A stretch of 32,000 bases of DNA from Cupriavidus necator (GCF_016127575.1 NZ_CP066018.1:1470001-1502000), one strand, 5' to 3'; shown: positions 1-9,613, counted from the stretch's first letter. Numbers and translations: made by a program. Notes: generated from the letters alone by a model not told the origin.

Positions 1-1830
1 CTTGCTGCTGGCCCGCCGCGCCCAGGCTGCGGCTTCCTCGCGGCGCTGGGTCCGGCCTAACTGCTTGTAGAGTGCTGGATTGACGGCCTCCAGGTCGCTC
101 AGCACCGTGGCACGGATCTGCATGACGCTCGCGGTACGGGAAACCAACCGTACGCCGCTGGACAGGCTCATGCCATACAAGGCCAACCGGGCGGACGCCG
201 ACCCCACCTTGTTGGCCAGGGCAGGAATAACCTCATCGGCAAGTATCCAGGTCAGGCGCGGCACCAGACTCATCTTCGCCAGCGCTTCGGGCAGTGTGAG
301 GCCCTTTGCCGTGACGTCCATGTTATCGATGCCGCTTTTCAGGATGCCGAAGATCGCCCCGTATCCCTGGTCGGTCGGGTCCGCCACGGTGTCGATGATG
401 GGCTTGTGATCCAGCATCAGCGCCCGCGCAAGCAGATTATCGTGGCGTACCGGATTCGCATCGTCGAACCAGCGCTTGATTACGCGACGGCACTCCACGG
501 TATCCAGCGCATTTTCCAGGCATCGGGTCAGCGACTCGTTGTAGACATAGCCATGCGGCAGTTCGAGCTTGTCATGGCGGTACTGCATGTAGGCGGCAAG
601 CTGGGGGCTCACGAGCCATTGCGCGAGCGACGCCGCAATCGGTGCGAGCACATTCTCGTTGAGCATCTTGAGGCGCGGCGCCAGATTCTGGTGGCGCTTG
701 CCCGGCGTCAGTTCATCTTCGTAGGGCTTCCATGCGGCGTCGCTGGCGGCCTTCAATCTCTCAAGGCGCGTGGCTTCCCGCGCGGCGTCTTCGCGCTTCC
801 AGCGCTCGGCGGTCGCTTTGCCATTGAACAGGGCTGACATGAGTTCGTAAGCTGGAAATCCTTCCGGCGTGGTCGCCGTGCGCTCCGCCTCAGCGAGGGC
901 CGCCTCGGCCTCCTTCGTGTGCTGCGCTTCCGCGTTGGCTCGAATGTTCTTTTCGAGCGTATTCAGGAACAGATCGGTTGCCTTATCCCAGATGACACTG
1001 TTGTTGGCCTTCGGATGCAGCTTCGGATTGGTAAGTTTGCCCAGATCCTCTGCAATGCCAAGCGGATCATTGAAAGCCAGCAGCATGGCATCGCCAGGCG
1101 AGACCCGCTCCATGGCTTCAGACAGGATTGCGCCCGCTGGGCTGCCGATCAGGTCCAGGTGGTCGTCCGCTTTGACGCGCGGCGGCGCGGACAGATACTT
1201 GAACGCCTCGTCCTGATCCTTGGGCGGCATGGCAAACGACGCAACCTGTTTGCCAAGCTCCGTCATCCGTGCCGCATGCGGGGCATTGTGGCCACCCATC
1301 CATGCCTTCACGTCCAGAGACTGCATGTGCTTCTTGCGCAGGTCCGGCTGGTTCTTGTTGTCATTCAGTTGCGCCTGGGTCCACTGGACATGCGAATAGG
1401 CATACCAGACGGTCGTCGCGTCCTTCAGGTTGGGAATCGTGAAGTACATCGACGTATAGCCGTGACCGATTCCCACGCTGCAAAAGAATTCGGTCGGCGT
1501 CTTGGGCGGCGCCGGGCGCTCGGGAATGATTTTCCACAGGTGTCCGCCATTCAGCACGAGATAGCAATCCCAGTGTTGCAAGGCTTCGTGGAACACGTAC
1601 AGAAAGCCCGGACGCATGGCCCGCAGCGTGTACTGCGCACCGCCGCCAAGCTGGGCGGGTGCGTCCACGATCTTGAAGTTCCCGGCCAGGGCCGGCGCCC
1701 CTTGCTTGCCCTCCGGGCCGACCACCGCATAGCGTACCGGCAGCACGGCGAGACCGGGCGGATGGTCGCAAAACGAGCAGCCCTTGACGGACGGTGTGAA
1801 GCGGTCAACAGCAGACGTGGCGTTATCCAT
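1..1830 (-). CDS. T6SS effector, VasX-like / BTH_I2691-family toxin. Only the N-terminal ~610 codons are present; the C-terminus lies beyond the left window edge.
   Basis: The ORF track omits it because it is open at the window edge. My minus-strand translation from the ATG at 1830 reads MDNATSAVDRFTPSVKGCSFCDHPPGLAVLPVRYAVVGPEGKQG... and runs without a stop to position 1. A CxxC followed by LPVRYAV at the N-terminus is what I recall for the VasX N-terminal region. The gene sits directly downstream of a DUF4123 gene with an 8-nt overlap. The plus-strand ORFs here (80..409, 406..837, 919..1872) are Arg-rich antisense shadows. Confidence 0.6.
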   Translation of the reverse strand, partial: MDNATSAVDRFTPSVKGCSFCDHPPGLAVLPVRYAVVGPEGKQGAPALAGNFKIVDAPAQLGGGAQYTLRAMRPGFLYVFHEALQHWDCYLVLNGGHLWKIIPERPAPPKTPTEFFCSVGIGHGYTSMYFTIPNLKDATTVWYAYSHVQWTQAQLNDNKNQPDLRKKHMQSLDVKAWMGGHNAPHAARMTELGKQVASFAMPPKDQDEAFKYLSAPPRVKADDHLDLIGSPAGAILSEAMERVSPGDAMLLAFNDPLGIAEDLGKLTNPKLHPKANNSVIWDKATDLFLNTLEKNIRANAEAQHTKEAEAALAEAERTATTPEGFPAYELMSALFNGKATAERWKREDAAREATRLERLKAASDAAWKPYEDELTPGKRHQNLAPRLKMLNENVLAPIAASLAQWLVSPQLAAYMQYRHDKLELPHGYVYNESLTRCLENALDTVECRRVIKRWFDDANPVRHDNLLARALMLDHKPIIDTVADPTDQGYGAIFGILKSGIDNMDVTAKGLTLPEALAKMSLVPRLTWILADEVIPALANKVGSASARLALYGMSLSSGVRLVSRTASVMQIRATVLSDLEAVNPALYKQLGRTQRREEAAAWARRASSK

Positions 1831-2506
1831 AGTGTGAGGCGCTTGCGGTTTTCCTGGCGGTTTCCGCCATGATCTTCATGAGTTGCCAATCGTGGGAGGA
1901 CAATTGGGCCAGCGCCTGGCGCAGGGTCATCTCGCCGCTGGCGACGGCGGGCCACAATGCCTGCAACTTCGTGTGGTTCTCGAAGGGCTGGCCAAACGCG
2001 GCGGCATAGGTGGCGTAGTGCTTGCGGTCAAGGTCACTCGACACGCGTAGTTCGTCGGCGGCGAAACGCAGCAGCCGGTCCACGTTGGGCGCCTGCGCAA
2101 TTGACGGCTTGGCTTTGCCTGCCATGCGGACCAGGACCTGCTCGATATCAGTGGTCTGCTTGACCGTGGCCCATTGGCTCGCGTCGGGCCACCAGGGCCG
2201 GGGATCGGCACTGTCTGGCTGTGCCTGCGACGGCGGCCGGTCCAGTGCGTACCAGTCGCCCGTCCAGGCAAAGCCCCAGACCTCGCACGGCCCGAACAAC
2301 GCATGTAGTTGCTCAGGCCACAGTAGCCAGGCCATATGCACGAAAACGCGGGGATCGTGGAAGCGCCACAGGGCATGCCCTTCGCCGTGGTCGGTGCCCG
2401 TCAGGCATGCCGCCAGATGGCTGGCGACGTCCGTGACGGGCGCCGGTCCTTGCAGCCATGCTGCAGACGACAGGCGGATCGCCGCATTGCGCGGCTTGCC
2501 AGGCAC
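1823..2506 (-). CDS. DUF4123-family T6SS adaptor/chaperone, apparently N-terminally truncated or frameshifted
   Basis: The 227-aa ORF contains HALWRFHDPRVFVHMAWLLWPEQLHALFG, which resembles the conserved RFyDPRVl core of DUF4123. The listed start is GTG, and this frame closes with a stop near 2552. The usual ~100-aa N-terminal half is missing. Its position immediately upstream of a VasX-like effector is the canonical arrangement. Confidence 0.55.
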   Translation of the reverse strand: MPGKPRNAAIRLSSAAWLQGPAPVTDVASHLAACLTGTDHGEGHALWRFHDPRVFVHMAWLLWPEQLHALFGPCEVWGFAWTGDWYALDRPPSQAQPDSADPRPWWPDASQWATVKQTTDIEQVLVRMAGKAKPSIAQAPNVDRLLRFAADELRVSSDLDRKHYATYAAAFGQPFENHTKLQALWPAVASGEMTLRQALAQLSSHDWQLMKIMAETARKTASASHYG

Positions 2507-2555
2507 GCAGCAGCAACGCGTGCCGCGCCTCCGCTGGGGTCTCCGCCAGGTCTAG

Positions 2556-2819
2556 TAGTGACGGCATGAGGTGCGCATCCTTTTCCGTGGACTTCATCAA
2601 CTTGGCGTAGCGCGCGTTGCCATCTGTTCTCACAAATGAGAAATTCTTATCCTTTGATGTGAAGGCATCGATAGATGAATAACCGCGTGCCTTCATTTGA
2701 CGAACCATGACGCTTGCCAGCGCCGCCATTTCTTCATATTGGTCTCGCGTTGAGGATTCACCATAGGCAATGGCTGCCAGCAAGCGTTCCTCGGAAGTGA
2801 GCTTGGGAGAATCCGTCAT
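2556..2819 (-). pseudogene. N-terminal fragment (~88 codons) of a cell-wall-hydrolase-like T6SS effector, paralogous to the gene at 8999..9613
   Basis: The fragment reads MTDSPKLTSEERLLAAIAYGESSTRDQYEEMAALASVMVRQMKARGYSSIDAFTSKDKNFSFVRTDGNARYAKLMKS. It aligns colinearly with MTEKLDSETRLLAAMAYGESSTADVFEEMAALANVMVRQSRARGYSTIAAFTAKEASFSYVVADGNKRYAKLMTA from 8999..9613. Similarity ends near 2556, and the rest of ORF 2313..2819 is Pro/Arg-rich read-through. Confidence 0.6.
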
Positions 2820-3461
2820 GCTCTTGCCTCGCGCAAGACCGGAGGCGTGATGGAGGGTTGCTCAACTGTTTCACCTCAAACAACTGAATGGAGTCCGATT
2901 CCGCCCCGCGTGCAACGTGCATATGCTGACGCTAAGGGCACCCGTGGCCGCGATGGTTCGCGTTGTTGGGTTCAGATCTGCCCCCATCGCTAAGATCGCC
3001 TTTACCAACGCCAAGATGTACCCAACCCCAGTTAGTGCATCCATAGGCCGACCCTTAAAGTTGGTCCTTCTTTTGCACTCAGAGGTCCTTAGAATTTGTG
3101 TCGCGTATTGCTGAATGGCCTCGCGCGAAGGGGGGTCATAATGACCTCTGGAACGGTTCAAGGATGACCGTAGCGCAGCCGGAATGCCCGCAAATGTCGG
3201 CCTGGAGGGGTGCTGGGACGTTGGCGCTTGCACTGTGCCTACCTGGTACACAGTCTTGCTCTGCCTCTACATTCTGGGACCATCGATTGTGTTCGCCGTG
3301 GTGGGCTGGAGGGCTTGCGACGCTACGCCGAGGCGCCTAGTCCAACTGCTGGGCTTACTCGTTGTGGGCACGGCATCGCTCTACCTGGTGACATATGCGG
3401 TGAGGTAGTGTCCAATGCCGCTCGCTGTCGAACCTTTCTCACACTGAATCGAGCCACCACA

Positions 3462-4259
3462 ATGCAGGGAATGAAAACGAAGGCGTTCTGGCGCCGCATG
3501 GGCCTTGCGCTATGCGGCGCCCTGCTTCTCTCCGACGCCATCGCCTTGATGACCATGGGCCTGTTCAACTTCGGCATCGTCCTGCCAGGCTGCATCGGCG
3601 CGTCATTCCTGCTCCTTGCATGGCAGTGGCCCCGCGTAGCCCACTGGCGAGCCGCCAGCCACAGGCGCCAGCAACTATGGCAAGCAGCATGGATCGCGTT
3701 CGCACTGTGGCTGGCGACCGTGGCCATTTTTTTCTACAACATCCACCGCAGCACCGAAGCCGCCATCCCAGGAAGCTCGCCCGTGAAAGCCATCGTCATC
3801 CTCGGTTCCGGCACGCCGAATTGCGTCGCTTCGCCAACGCTGGTTGCGCGGCTAGATCAGGGCTTGAAGCAGGCTCAGCGTTGGCCGCAGGCGAAGGTCG
3901 CGGTCAGTGGCGGGCAGGATTTCGGGCTGCGCTGCCGGGAAGCGGACATCATGGCTGAGTATCTGATCGACCGTGGGGTCGCAGCAGACAGGGTGGTCCG
4001 GGAAGGGCGTAGTACCAGCACGGAGGAGAACCTGCTGTTCAGCCGGCGCTTGCTAGAAGAGCAGGGCATCGCCGCCACCGATCCCATTGTGGTGGTGACC
4101 AGCGATTTCCATGTACGGCGGGCGGTGCGGATTGCCCGGAAGGCAGGATTCGGGGAGGTCGCCGGAGTCGGGGCTGGGACGCCGCTCTACCTTCGGTATA
4201 ACGCCTGGCTCCGTGAGTACTTCGCGGCGATTAGTGGATGGGTGTTGATGGAGTATTGA
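3462..4259 (+). CDS. DUF218 (YdcF/ElyC/SanA-like) membrane protein
   Basis: The internal ATG at 3462 (MQGMKTKAFWRRMGLALCGALLL...) is followed by hydrophobic helices. The DUF218 hallmarks then appear: IVILGSG, VSGGQ, EADIMAEYLIDRGV, EGRSTSTEENL and VVTSDFHVRRA. The part of ORF 3210..4259 upstream of 3462 looks non-coding. Confidence 0.8.
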   Translation: MQGMKTKAFWRRMGLALCGALLLSDAIALMTMGLFNFGIVLPGCIGASFLLLAWQWPRVAHWRAASHRRQQLWQAAWIAFALWLATVAIFFYNIHRSTEAAIPGSSPVKAIVILGSGTPNCVASPTLVARLDQGLKQAQRWPQAKVAVSGGQDFGLRCREADIMAEYLIDRGVAADRVVREGRSTSTEENLLFSRRLLEEQGIAATDPIVVVTSDFHVRRAVRIARKAGFGEVAGVGAGTPLYLRYNAWLREYFAAISGWVLMEY

Positions 4260-4277
4260 CTCCTGCGCAGCCCGCCC

Positions 4278-4523
4278 TCAAGACAATGTGGCGAGCAACT
4301 TGTTGAAGTTGCGTTTTGCGCGATAGTTCTCGCGAATCTCCTCCACCTCGCGGCTGAATTCCGCTCGCTCCCTCAGCTTTGTCCGCAGACTGCCGATAGC
4401 GCGCGGGATTTCAAGTGCTTCGTCATAGCGCGCGTTGCGTGCACCGCTATCGACAGCGACTCCAACAGCGGCGCCGAAATGTCTGTGGCGAAAATACCTT
4501 AGCCCCCTTTTGGGGGACGTCAA
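4278..4523 (-). pseudogene. Possible C-terminal remnant of a larger gene (the tail pattern ...YRAKRNFNKLL recalls SWIM-associated/DUF6880-type proteins)
   Basis: This is an 81-aa ORF. Only the last ~45 aa (ARYDEALEIPRAIGSLRTKLRERAEFSREVEEIRENYRAKRNFNKLLATLS) look protein-like. The N-terminal part is low quality and I see no SD. The family assignment is from memory only. Confidence 0.25.
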
Positions 4524-4720
4524 TCAGGCCGGAATGGCACATAGTCGCCCACGTGCCCACTAGTTGAGCGGGGCATGATCACGACGTGCCGCTTTCGGCG
4601 CACGCCGGCCCGGCTCCGCGCGGTGAGCACGGGACTAGAGTGCGTGCAGCTTGTCGGGTTCGCTGACCTCGACTAGCCTCTATCGATGTCGATTCTTCGC
4701 TGCGCTGCGATACCCATTTG

Positions 4721-7363
4721 ATGCCAGAACGCTCGACCACCCGATATGGCAAGGCGCTGCAGCGCCTGCACCAGTTCTTCTCCCCGTTGAACCTGGCGGC
4801 GGCGGCGTGGCTGATTGCAACATGGGCGTTCGCGGCGTTTCAGCTCGTGAGCGAGCGGGACCGCCTGCTGCACGACGCCGCGGAGCGTACCCAGGCGCAG
4901 GCCCAGGCGTTCGGCGCGTACTCGAAATCCAGCATCCTGCGGCTGTCCGAGTTCCTCCTCGACCTGCGGGCCAGCTGGCTGGTCGGCCAGCCGGGATTCA
5001 TCGACATGGTGCGCGAGCGGCAGAACCTGGTGGTGGACCTGTCGTTCCAGGTGTCGGTGATCGACAAGCATGGCCTGCTCATCTACTCGTCCATCGCCCC
5101 GCCCACGCCCGGCCAGAAGGTCGACCTGAGCGAGCGCGAGCATTTCCGGGTCCATCAGAACGCGGGCGGGCGCGACATGCTGTTCATCAGCGACCCGGTG
5201 AAGGGCAAGGTCTCGCGCAAATGGTCGATCCAGTTCACGCGCCCCATCCTGCGCGCGGGCAGCTTCGACGGGGTCATCGTGGTCTCGGTCAGTCCGGAGC
5301 AGTTCGCCAGCTTTGCGCAGTCGTTCACAAACCGCGATGGCGAAGTGGCGTCGGTCGTCAAGACTTCCGGCCAGGTCATTGCGCGCGTGCCGGCCATGGA
5401 GGGCACGCTGGCCAGGGCGGTCAGCAACAGACCGTACCTCGCCAGCGGGTCGCCCCAGTCTGGTAGTTATCGGGCGGTGTCGGGCTCCGAAGGCGTGGAG
5501 CGGGTCTTCGGCTATTACCGTTTGCCGGAATTCGGGCTCAATTTCGTGGTGGGGGAGTCCGTCGGCCTGGTGCTGGCACCCTACGAGGTCTATCGCCGCG
5601 TTGCCCTGGCCGGTGCCATGGCTTCCACGCTGCTGCTTGGCCTGTTGTACTACAGCCTGCGCCGCTCCATGGGGGAGCGACGGCGCCATATGGAGGAGAT
5701 GAAGCTGGCTTCGCTGGTCTATTCATCCAGCAGCGAGGCCATGGTGGTGACGTCGCTCGATGGCACCATCATCGACGTCAATCCGGCCTTTGCCGCCGCC
5801 ACTGGCTATACAGCCAAGGAGGTCAAGGGCCGCCCGGGCCATATCGTCAGCGGGGCAGGCAATGCGGCAGGGCTGGTCGAGCGCCTGCGGACCACCGTGG
5901 CATCCAAGGGCAGATGGAGCGGCGAATTCTCGATCCGCCGCAAGGACGGCAGCGAGTTTCCCGCCTACCTGACCGTGGATACCTACCTGGCCCACGCGTA
6001 TGGCGAGCGCCGCCGCGTTGCGCTGATCCATGACATGACCGAGAAACGCCAGGCGGAGGAAGTCATCCGGCACCAGGCGAATTTCGATGCGCTCACGGAT
6101 CTGCCCAACCGCCGCCTGTTCTTCGACCGGCTGAGGCAGGAGATCGAGCGTTCGCGCGGCACACAGGATGTGCTGGCGCTGCTGTTCATCGACCTGGATC
6201 GCTTCAAGGAGGTGAACGATACCCTCGGCCACGACCAGGGCGACCTGTTGCTGCTGGAGGCGGCGCGGCGCATTGCGGCATCGGTGCGCGCGTCGGATAC
6301 CGTGGCGCGGCTGGCCGGCGACGAGTTCACCGTGATCCTGCCCGCGGTGGGCGATGCCGGCGTTGCCGGGGGCATTGCCCAGGCCATCCTGGAGCGGATT
6401 GCCGCGCCTTACCGCCTGGCCGGCGAGCTGGTGGTGGTGTCGGCCAGCATCGGCGTGGCGACCTGGCCCAAGGACGCCGACAACGCCGAGGACCTGCTGG
6501 TGTGCGCCGACCAGGCGATGTTTGCCGCCAAGGAGGAGGGCCGCAATCGCTGGAAGGTCTTCACCCAGGCCCTGCTGCAGGCGGAGAGGGAGCGCCTGCG
6601 CATCACGCAGGACCTGCGCACGGCGCTGGCGTCCGGGCAGTTCGCGCTGCACTACCAGCCCATTGTCGATCTGCGCACGGGCAAGGTCTGCAAGGCCGAG
6701 GCCCTGATCCGCTGGGACCATCCGGTGCGCGGGCCGATCCACCCGGCCGATTTCATTGCCGTTGCGGAGGAATCCGGCCTCATCATCGACATCGGCCGCT
6801 GGGTGCTGACCGAAGCGCTGGACCAGCTTGCGCGCTGGCAGGTGCTGCTGGGCAAGGGCTTCCAGATCTCAGTCAACAAATCCCCCGTGGAGTTCAGCGC
6901 GCCTGCGATCGGGCCCGAGTCCTGGTCCAGCATGATCGAGCGCAGGAACGTGCCGGTGGGCAGCCTTGTCATCGAGATCACCGAAGGCTCGCTGATGGAG
7001 CAGAACGCCGATGTCATGGACCAGCTATCCCGCTTCCAGGCGGCCGGCATCGAGATCGCGCTCGACGACTTCGGCACCGGCTACTCGTCCTTGTCGTACC
7101 TGCGGCGCCTGGACATCGACTACATTAAGATCGACCAGTCCTTCATCCGCTCGCTGACGCGGGGCCCGGACGACGTCGCCTTGTGTCACGCCATCATCAG
7201 CATGGCGCATGCACTGCGCATTCGGGTGATTGCGGAGGGTGTGGAGACGGAGTCGCAGCGGGACATACTGGTGGCTGCTGGTTGCGATTACGGGCAAGGG
7301 CACTTCTTTTGTCCGCCGGTGGAGGCTAGTGCGTTTGAAGCGTTTGTGAGCGCTGTGACTTGA
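4721..7363 (+). CDS. Membrane sensor, diguanylate cyclase/phosphodiesterase (periplasmic Cache-like domain, TM, PAS, GGDEF, EAL)
   Basis: The ATG at 4721 is one codon after the listed TTG. A TM segment (LNLAAAAWLIATWAFAAF) is followed by a Cache-like region (DLSEREHFRVHQ...ISDPVKGKVSRKWSIQFTRPI), a second TM and a PAS domain (VVTSLDGTIIDVNPAF...). The GGDEF domain shows RxxD context, LFIDLDRFKEVND and RLAGDEF. The EAL domain shows EALIRW, EITE, DDFGTGYSS, KIDQSF, EGVETE and QGHFF. Confidence 0.9.
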   Translation: MPERSTTRYGKALQRLHQFFSPLNLAAAAWLIATWAFAAFQLVSERDRLLHDAAERTQAQAQAFGAYSKSSILRLSEFLLDLRASWLVGQPGFIDMVRERQNLVVDLSFQVSVIDKHGLLIYSSIAPPTPGQKVDLSEREHFRVHQNAGGRDMLFISDPVKGKVSRKWSIQFTRPILRAGSFDGVIVVSVSPEQFASFAQSFTNRDGEVASVVKTSGQVIARVPAMEGTLARAVSNRPYLASGSPQSGSYRAVSGSEGVERVFGYYRLPEFGLNFVVGESVGLVLAPYEVYRRVALAGAMASTLLLGLLYYSLRRSMGERRRHMEEMKLASLVYSSSSEAMVVTSLDGTIIDVNPAFAAATGYTAKEVKGRPGHIVSGAGNAAGLVERLRTTVASKGRWSGEFSIRRKDGSEFPAYLTVDTYLAHAYGERRRVALIHDMTEKRQAEEVIRHQANFDALTDLPNRRLFFDRLRQEIERSRGTQDVLALLFIDLDRFKEVNDTLGHDQGDLLLLEAARRIAASVRASDTVARLAGDEFTVILPAVGDAGVAGGIAQAILERIAAPYRLAGELVVVSASIGVATWPKDADNAEDLLVCADQAMFAAKEEGRNRWKVFTQALLQAERERLRITQDLRTALASGQFALHYQPIVDLRTGKVCKAEALIRWDHPVRGPIHPADFIAVAEESGLIIDIGRWVLTEALDQLARWQVLLGKGFQISVNKSPVEFSAPAIGPESWSSMIERRNVPVGSLVIEITEGSLMEQNADVMDQLSRFQAAGIEIALDDFGTGYSSLSYLRRLDIDYIKIDQSFIRSLTRGPDDVALCHAIISMAHALRIRVIAEGVETESQRDILVAAGCDYGQGHFFCPPVEASAFEAFVSAVT

Positions 7364-7448
7364 GGCGAGGGGCGTTTTTCGGTGCCCCGGACTCCCTTAC
7401 CAATTGCAACAATGGAGTCTCGCCAATTTGGCGGACTCCGTTCCGCCG

Positions 7449-7778
7449 TCAGCGTGTAGTAATGGGCGGATCGAATGAATAGCCTTCGGCTGTCCAACCG
7501 ATCAGGCTGCCACACCTGACCCGGAAGTTCGGTATCGATTTCGCGCCGACCTGAAACAACCGGCATTCGGTCCTAGGCTCAACATAGCCAACGACCTTTG
7601 CCGCAGGGTCTAGCATGCCTTCCCACTCCTGGTATAGCGCAACACGTTTCGCAGCGACCCGGCCTTCGAAATCCAGGCGATAGCCGCCGATCAGGCTGAA
7701 TAGGGTAATGGCAACCGCTGCGGAACCTAGCCACAAAACGTAGGACCTGTTCTTATCAGTTTCTCCGACGCGCCACAT
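7449..7778 (-). CDS. Hypothetical small membrane-anchored protein
   Basis: This 109-aa ORF has one N-terminal hydrophobic helix (YVLWLGSAAVAITLFSLIGGY) followed by a plausible soluble domain. I recognise no family. It sits in an otherwise gene-poor stretch between the GGDEF-EAL gene and the PAAR cassette. An orphan immunity-type gene is possible but unsupported. Confidence 0.35.
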   Translation of the reverse strand: MWRVGETDKNRSYVLWLGSAAVAITLFSLIGGYRLDFEGRVAAKRVALYQEWEGMLDPAAKVVGYVEPRTECRLFQVGAKSIPNFRVRCGSLIGWTAEGYSFDPPITTR

Positions 7779-8441
7779 TCATGGTCCCTCTTGTAGGTAG
7801 TTCCTCAATCACGCGCTTTTCGGATCACGACAACCTGAACGCAATCCACCCGTGCCCAAGTCCTAGACCAAGCGCAAATAGCATGATGCCGCCGACGGCG
7901 TCAACAGAATTGCCACCGCATAGAGGATTCCGTCCAGTGCCAGGAGCATGGCCACAAGGTCGACACTGCACACGAGCCGCGACTTAACGCTCATCGCAAT
8001 CCCTCTGATGCCAGCCCAGGCCAATATGGTGATATGGGAAAGCCCTTCAGCTATACCGGAACGAAAAGTTGCTGGGCATGGGAATTGTCTAGGGGATACG
8101 CGGAATCTTCGGTAAGCGGCATGTGCCTGACTCTCGGCAGCGCATTCCTGCAGGATCCACCCTGTCTGATACCGTTGCCCGATGCTCCTGACTGCATCGA
8201 CGGCCCGGCGGAAGGCCCCTTGCCGTCGTGCAGATCCTGCTACGACGGGCTCCGACCGCAGAGGCGATTGACACCGGCAGGCTCTGCACAGCGACCGGCT
8301 TGCCCGCCGGTTCGCGCTAGCGAATGTGAAAATTTTGCAATATTTGCGAATCTTAGGACGTAGCTCAAATTTCTTCTGAGTATCTTTCGCTAGATATGGA
8401 AGGCAATCATTGGATGGATAACCTGAGGAGGTTCCGAAGTC

Positions 8442-9002
8442 ATGATGCCTGACACTCGCTACGCACTACGAAACGGCGACAAAACCAGTACAGACGGCGT
8501 GCTCAACGGCACTGCTCGCAACTCTCTTGATCATGGCGTGGCCTTGGCCGTAGAAGGTGACTATGCGACCTGCCCGGCATGCAAAGCTGGCGGTCCTGTG
8601 ATGAACGACTGTTATCCGGCTTTCGATATAGGCGGCAAGCAAGTGCTGGTGAGTGGCGCCCGAGTGTATTGTAAATGCCAGACAAAGCCAGTTGTCCTGC
8701 CATCCCAGATCAGCTTCACAATTGAAGTAAATAAATCTGGCACGGCCTACCTTTCCGCTGGCTCGAACGGTGATTCATCTTTGGAGCCCCTCTCGAACTC
8801 TCAGGATATTGTTGAGCAGTACTTTGAAATAACTGACGAGGATGGGCAGCCTGTGGAGGGTTATCGCTATGACTTGTTTGCAAATGGCGAGCAGTTAGCC
8901 AGAAACAGAAGAATGATCAGCGGGCGAACCATCTCTTTCGAAGGTAGTCATGACATTCACATTGTTATGTGGCTCGACAAGACAGGGCAGGAGCGAGCAT
9001 GA
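8442..9002 (+). CDS. PAAR-domain protein (T6SS spike tip) with a ~90-aa C-terminal extension
   Basis: A strong SD (GAGGAGG) lies ~8 nt upstream of the ATG. The sequence NGDKTSTDGVLNGTA...VALAVEGDYATCPACKAGGPV...GGKQVLVSGARVYCKCQTKPVVLPSQ matches the CPxC...CxC PAAR class as I remember it from Burkholderia PAAR proteins. Confidence 0.8.
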   Translation: MMPDTRYALRNGDKTSTDGVLNGTARNSLDHGVALAVEGDYATCPACKAGGPVMNDCYPAFDIGGKQVLVSGARVYCKCQTKPVVLPSQISFTIEVNKSGTAYLSAGSNGDSSLEPLSNSQDIVEQYFEITDEDGQPVEGYRYDLFANGEQLARNRRMISGRTISFEGSHDIHIVMWLDKTGQERA

Positions 9003-9613
9003 CAGAGAAGCTTGATTCCGAAACGCGCTTGCTTGCTGCGATGGCCTATGGCGAGTCGTCGACGGCCGATGTATTTGAGGAAATGGCCGCCTTGGCCAAC
9101 GTGATGGTTCGGCAAAGTAGAGCAAGAGGATATAGCACGATCGCCGCATTCACCGCTAAGGAGGCATCTTTCTCCTACGTTGTCGCCGATGGAAACAAGC
9201 GATACGCGAAGCTTATGACGGCCAAGGACGAGGAGATAGAGAACTCTCCGTCAATGTCTGACGCAGTAAAGGCGGCAAAAAATGCATTGAATGGAGGGGA
9301 GGATTATTCGAATGGCGCATACTTCTGGGATGGCGCGGACATCAGGTCCAACTACAAGAACCATTTCAAGGTGGCAAAGGGAATAAGGTTCACGGATCCA
9401 TCCCACAACATCTACGGGATCAAGGAATCCACAAAGTTAGTAAAGAAGATAAAGACCACAAAGATCAAAGTGAATGGAAAAATCGAGACAAGGAAGGAAG
9501 AGCTTTGGCGATACGATCACATTTATCAGTCGACGGCCGCTTATGGCGGCACCATCTTTTGGAAACAAAACCCGGATTACATAAGATATACGCACGCGAA
9601 GGAGTACCTATGA
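8999..9613 (+). CDS. Putative T6SS effector, cell-wall hydrolase-like (SleB/Hydrolase_2-like N-terminal motif)
   Basis: The ATG at 8999 overlaps the PAAR stop (ATGA), which implies translational coupling. LLAAMAYGESS...MAALANVMVRQSRARGY resembles the AEArGE...AVA.VvlNR pattern of SleB-type hydrolases. It is followed by a secreted-protein gene, which is the effector-immunity layout. Confidence 0.6.
   Translation: MTEKLDSETRLLAAMAYGESSTADVFEEMAALANVMVRQSRARGYSTIAAFTAKEASFSYVVADGNKRYAKLMTAKDEEIENSPSMSDAVKAAKNALNGGEDYSNGAYFWDGADIRSNYKNHFKVAKGIRFTDPSHNIYGIKESTKLVKKIKTTKIKVNGKIETRKEELWRYDHIYQSTAAYGGTIFWKQNPDYIRYTHAKEYL

Larger units (their letters stand above)
4179..7363 (+). repeat. Direct repeat, copy 1 (intact): DUF218 3' end through the end of the GGDEF-EAL gene
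   Basis: Four sub-blocks of this interval recur colinearly at 18602..19996. 4179-4259 matches 18602-18682. ~5797-5890 matches ~18743-18835. ~6046-6110 matches ~18858-18922. ~6297-7363 matches ~18930-19996, with a constant offset of 12633 and no indels. Confidence 0.85.

Noticed and set aside
80-1872. Plus-strand ORFs 80..409, 406..837, 869..1216 and 919..1872 (up to 317 aa)
   Set aside because: They are Arg/His/Gln-rich, low-complexity translations typical of the antisense strand of a high-GC gene. The minus strand has one uninterrupted frame from 1830 to 1 with a sensible VasX-like protein sequence.
2871-3408. Competing small ORFs on both strands (2871..3251 minus, 126 aa; 3184..3408 plus, 74 aa with two hydrophobic stretches; 3098..3340 plus)
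   Set aside because: They are mutually exclusive and none has a good SD or a recognisable family. The 74-aa plus-strand ORF could be a small membrane protein, but I cannot support it over the alternatives.
4673-6742. Minus-strand ORFs 4673..5689 (338 aa) and 5723..6742 (339 aa), plus many shorter ones
   Set aside because: They are shadow ORFs antisense to the clearly real Cache-PAS-GGDEF-EAL gene. Their composition is Arg/Gly/Ala/His-rich and they have no motifs.
7364-7400. Possible hairpin (GGGGCG-TTTTTCGG-TGCCCC) after the intact GGDEF-EAL gene as a terminator
   Set aside because: The stem is short and imperfect and has no downstream T-tract. It is not comparable with the canonical terminator after copy 2.
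7790-7993. Short minus-strand ORF (~43 aa, MSVKSRLVCSVDLVAMLLALDGILYAVAILL...) that would extend to a two-TM peptide after a frameshift
   Set aside because: It is below a reasonable size threshold, needs a frameshift to look complete, and has no homolog that I recognise.
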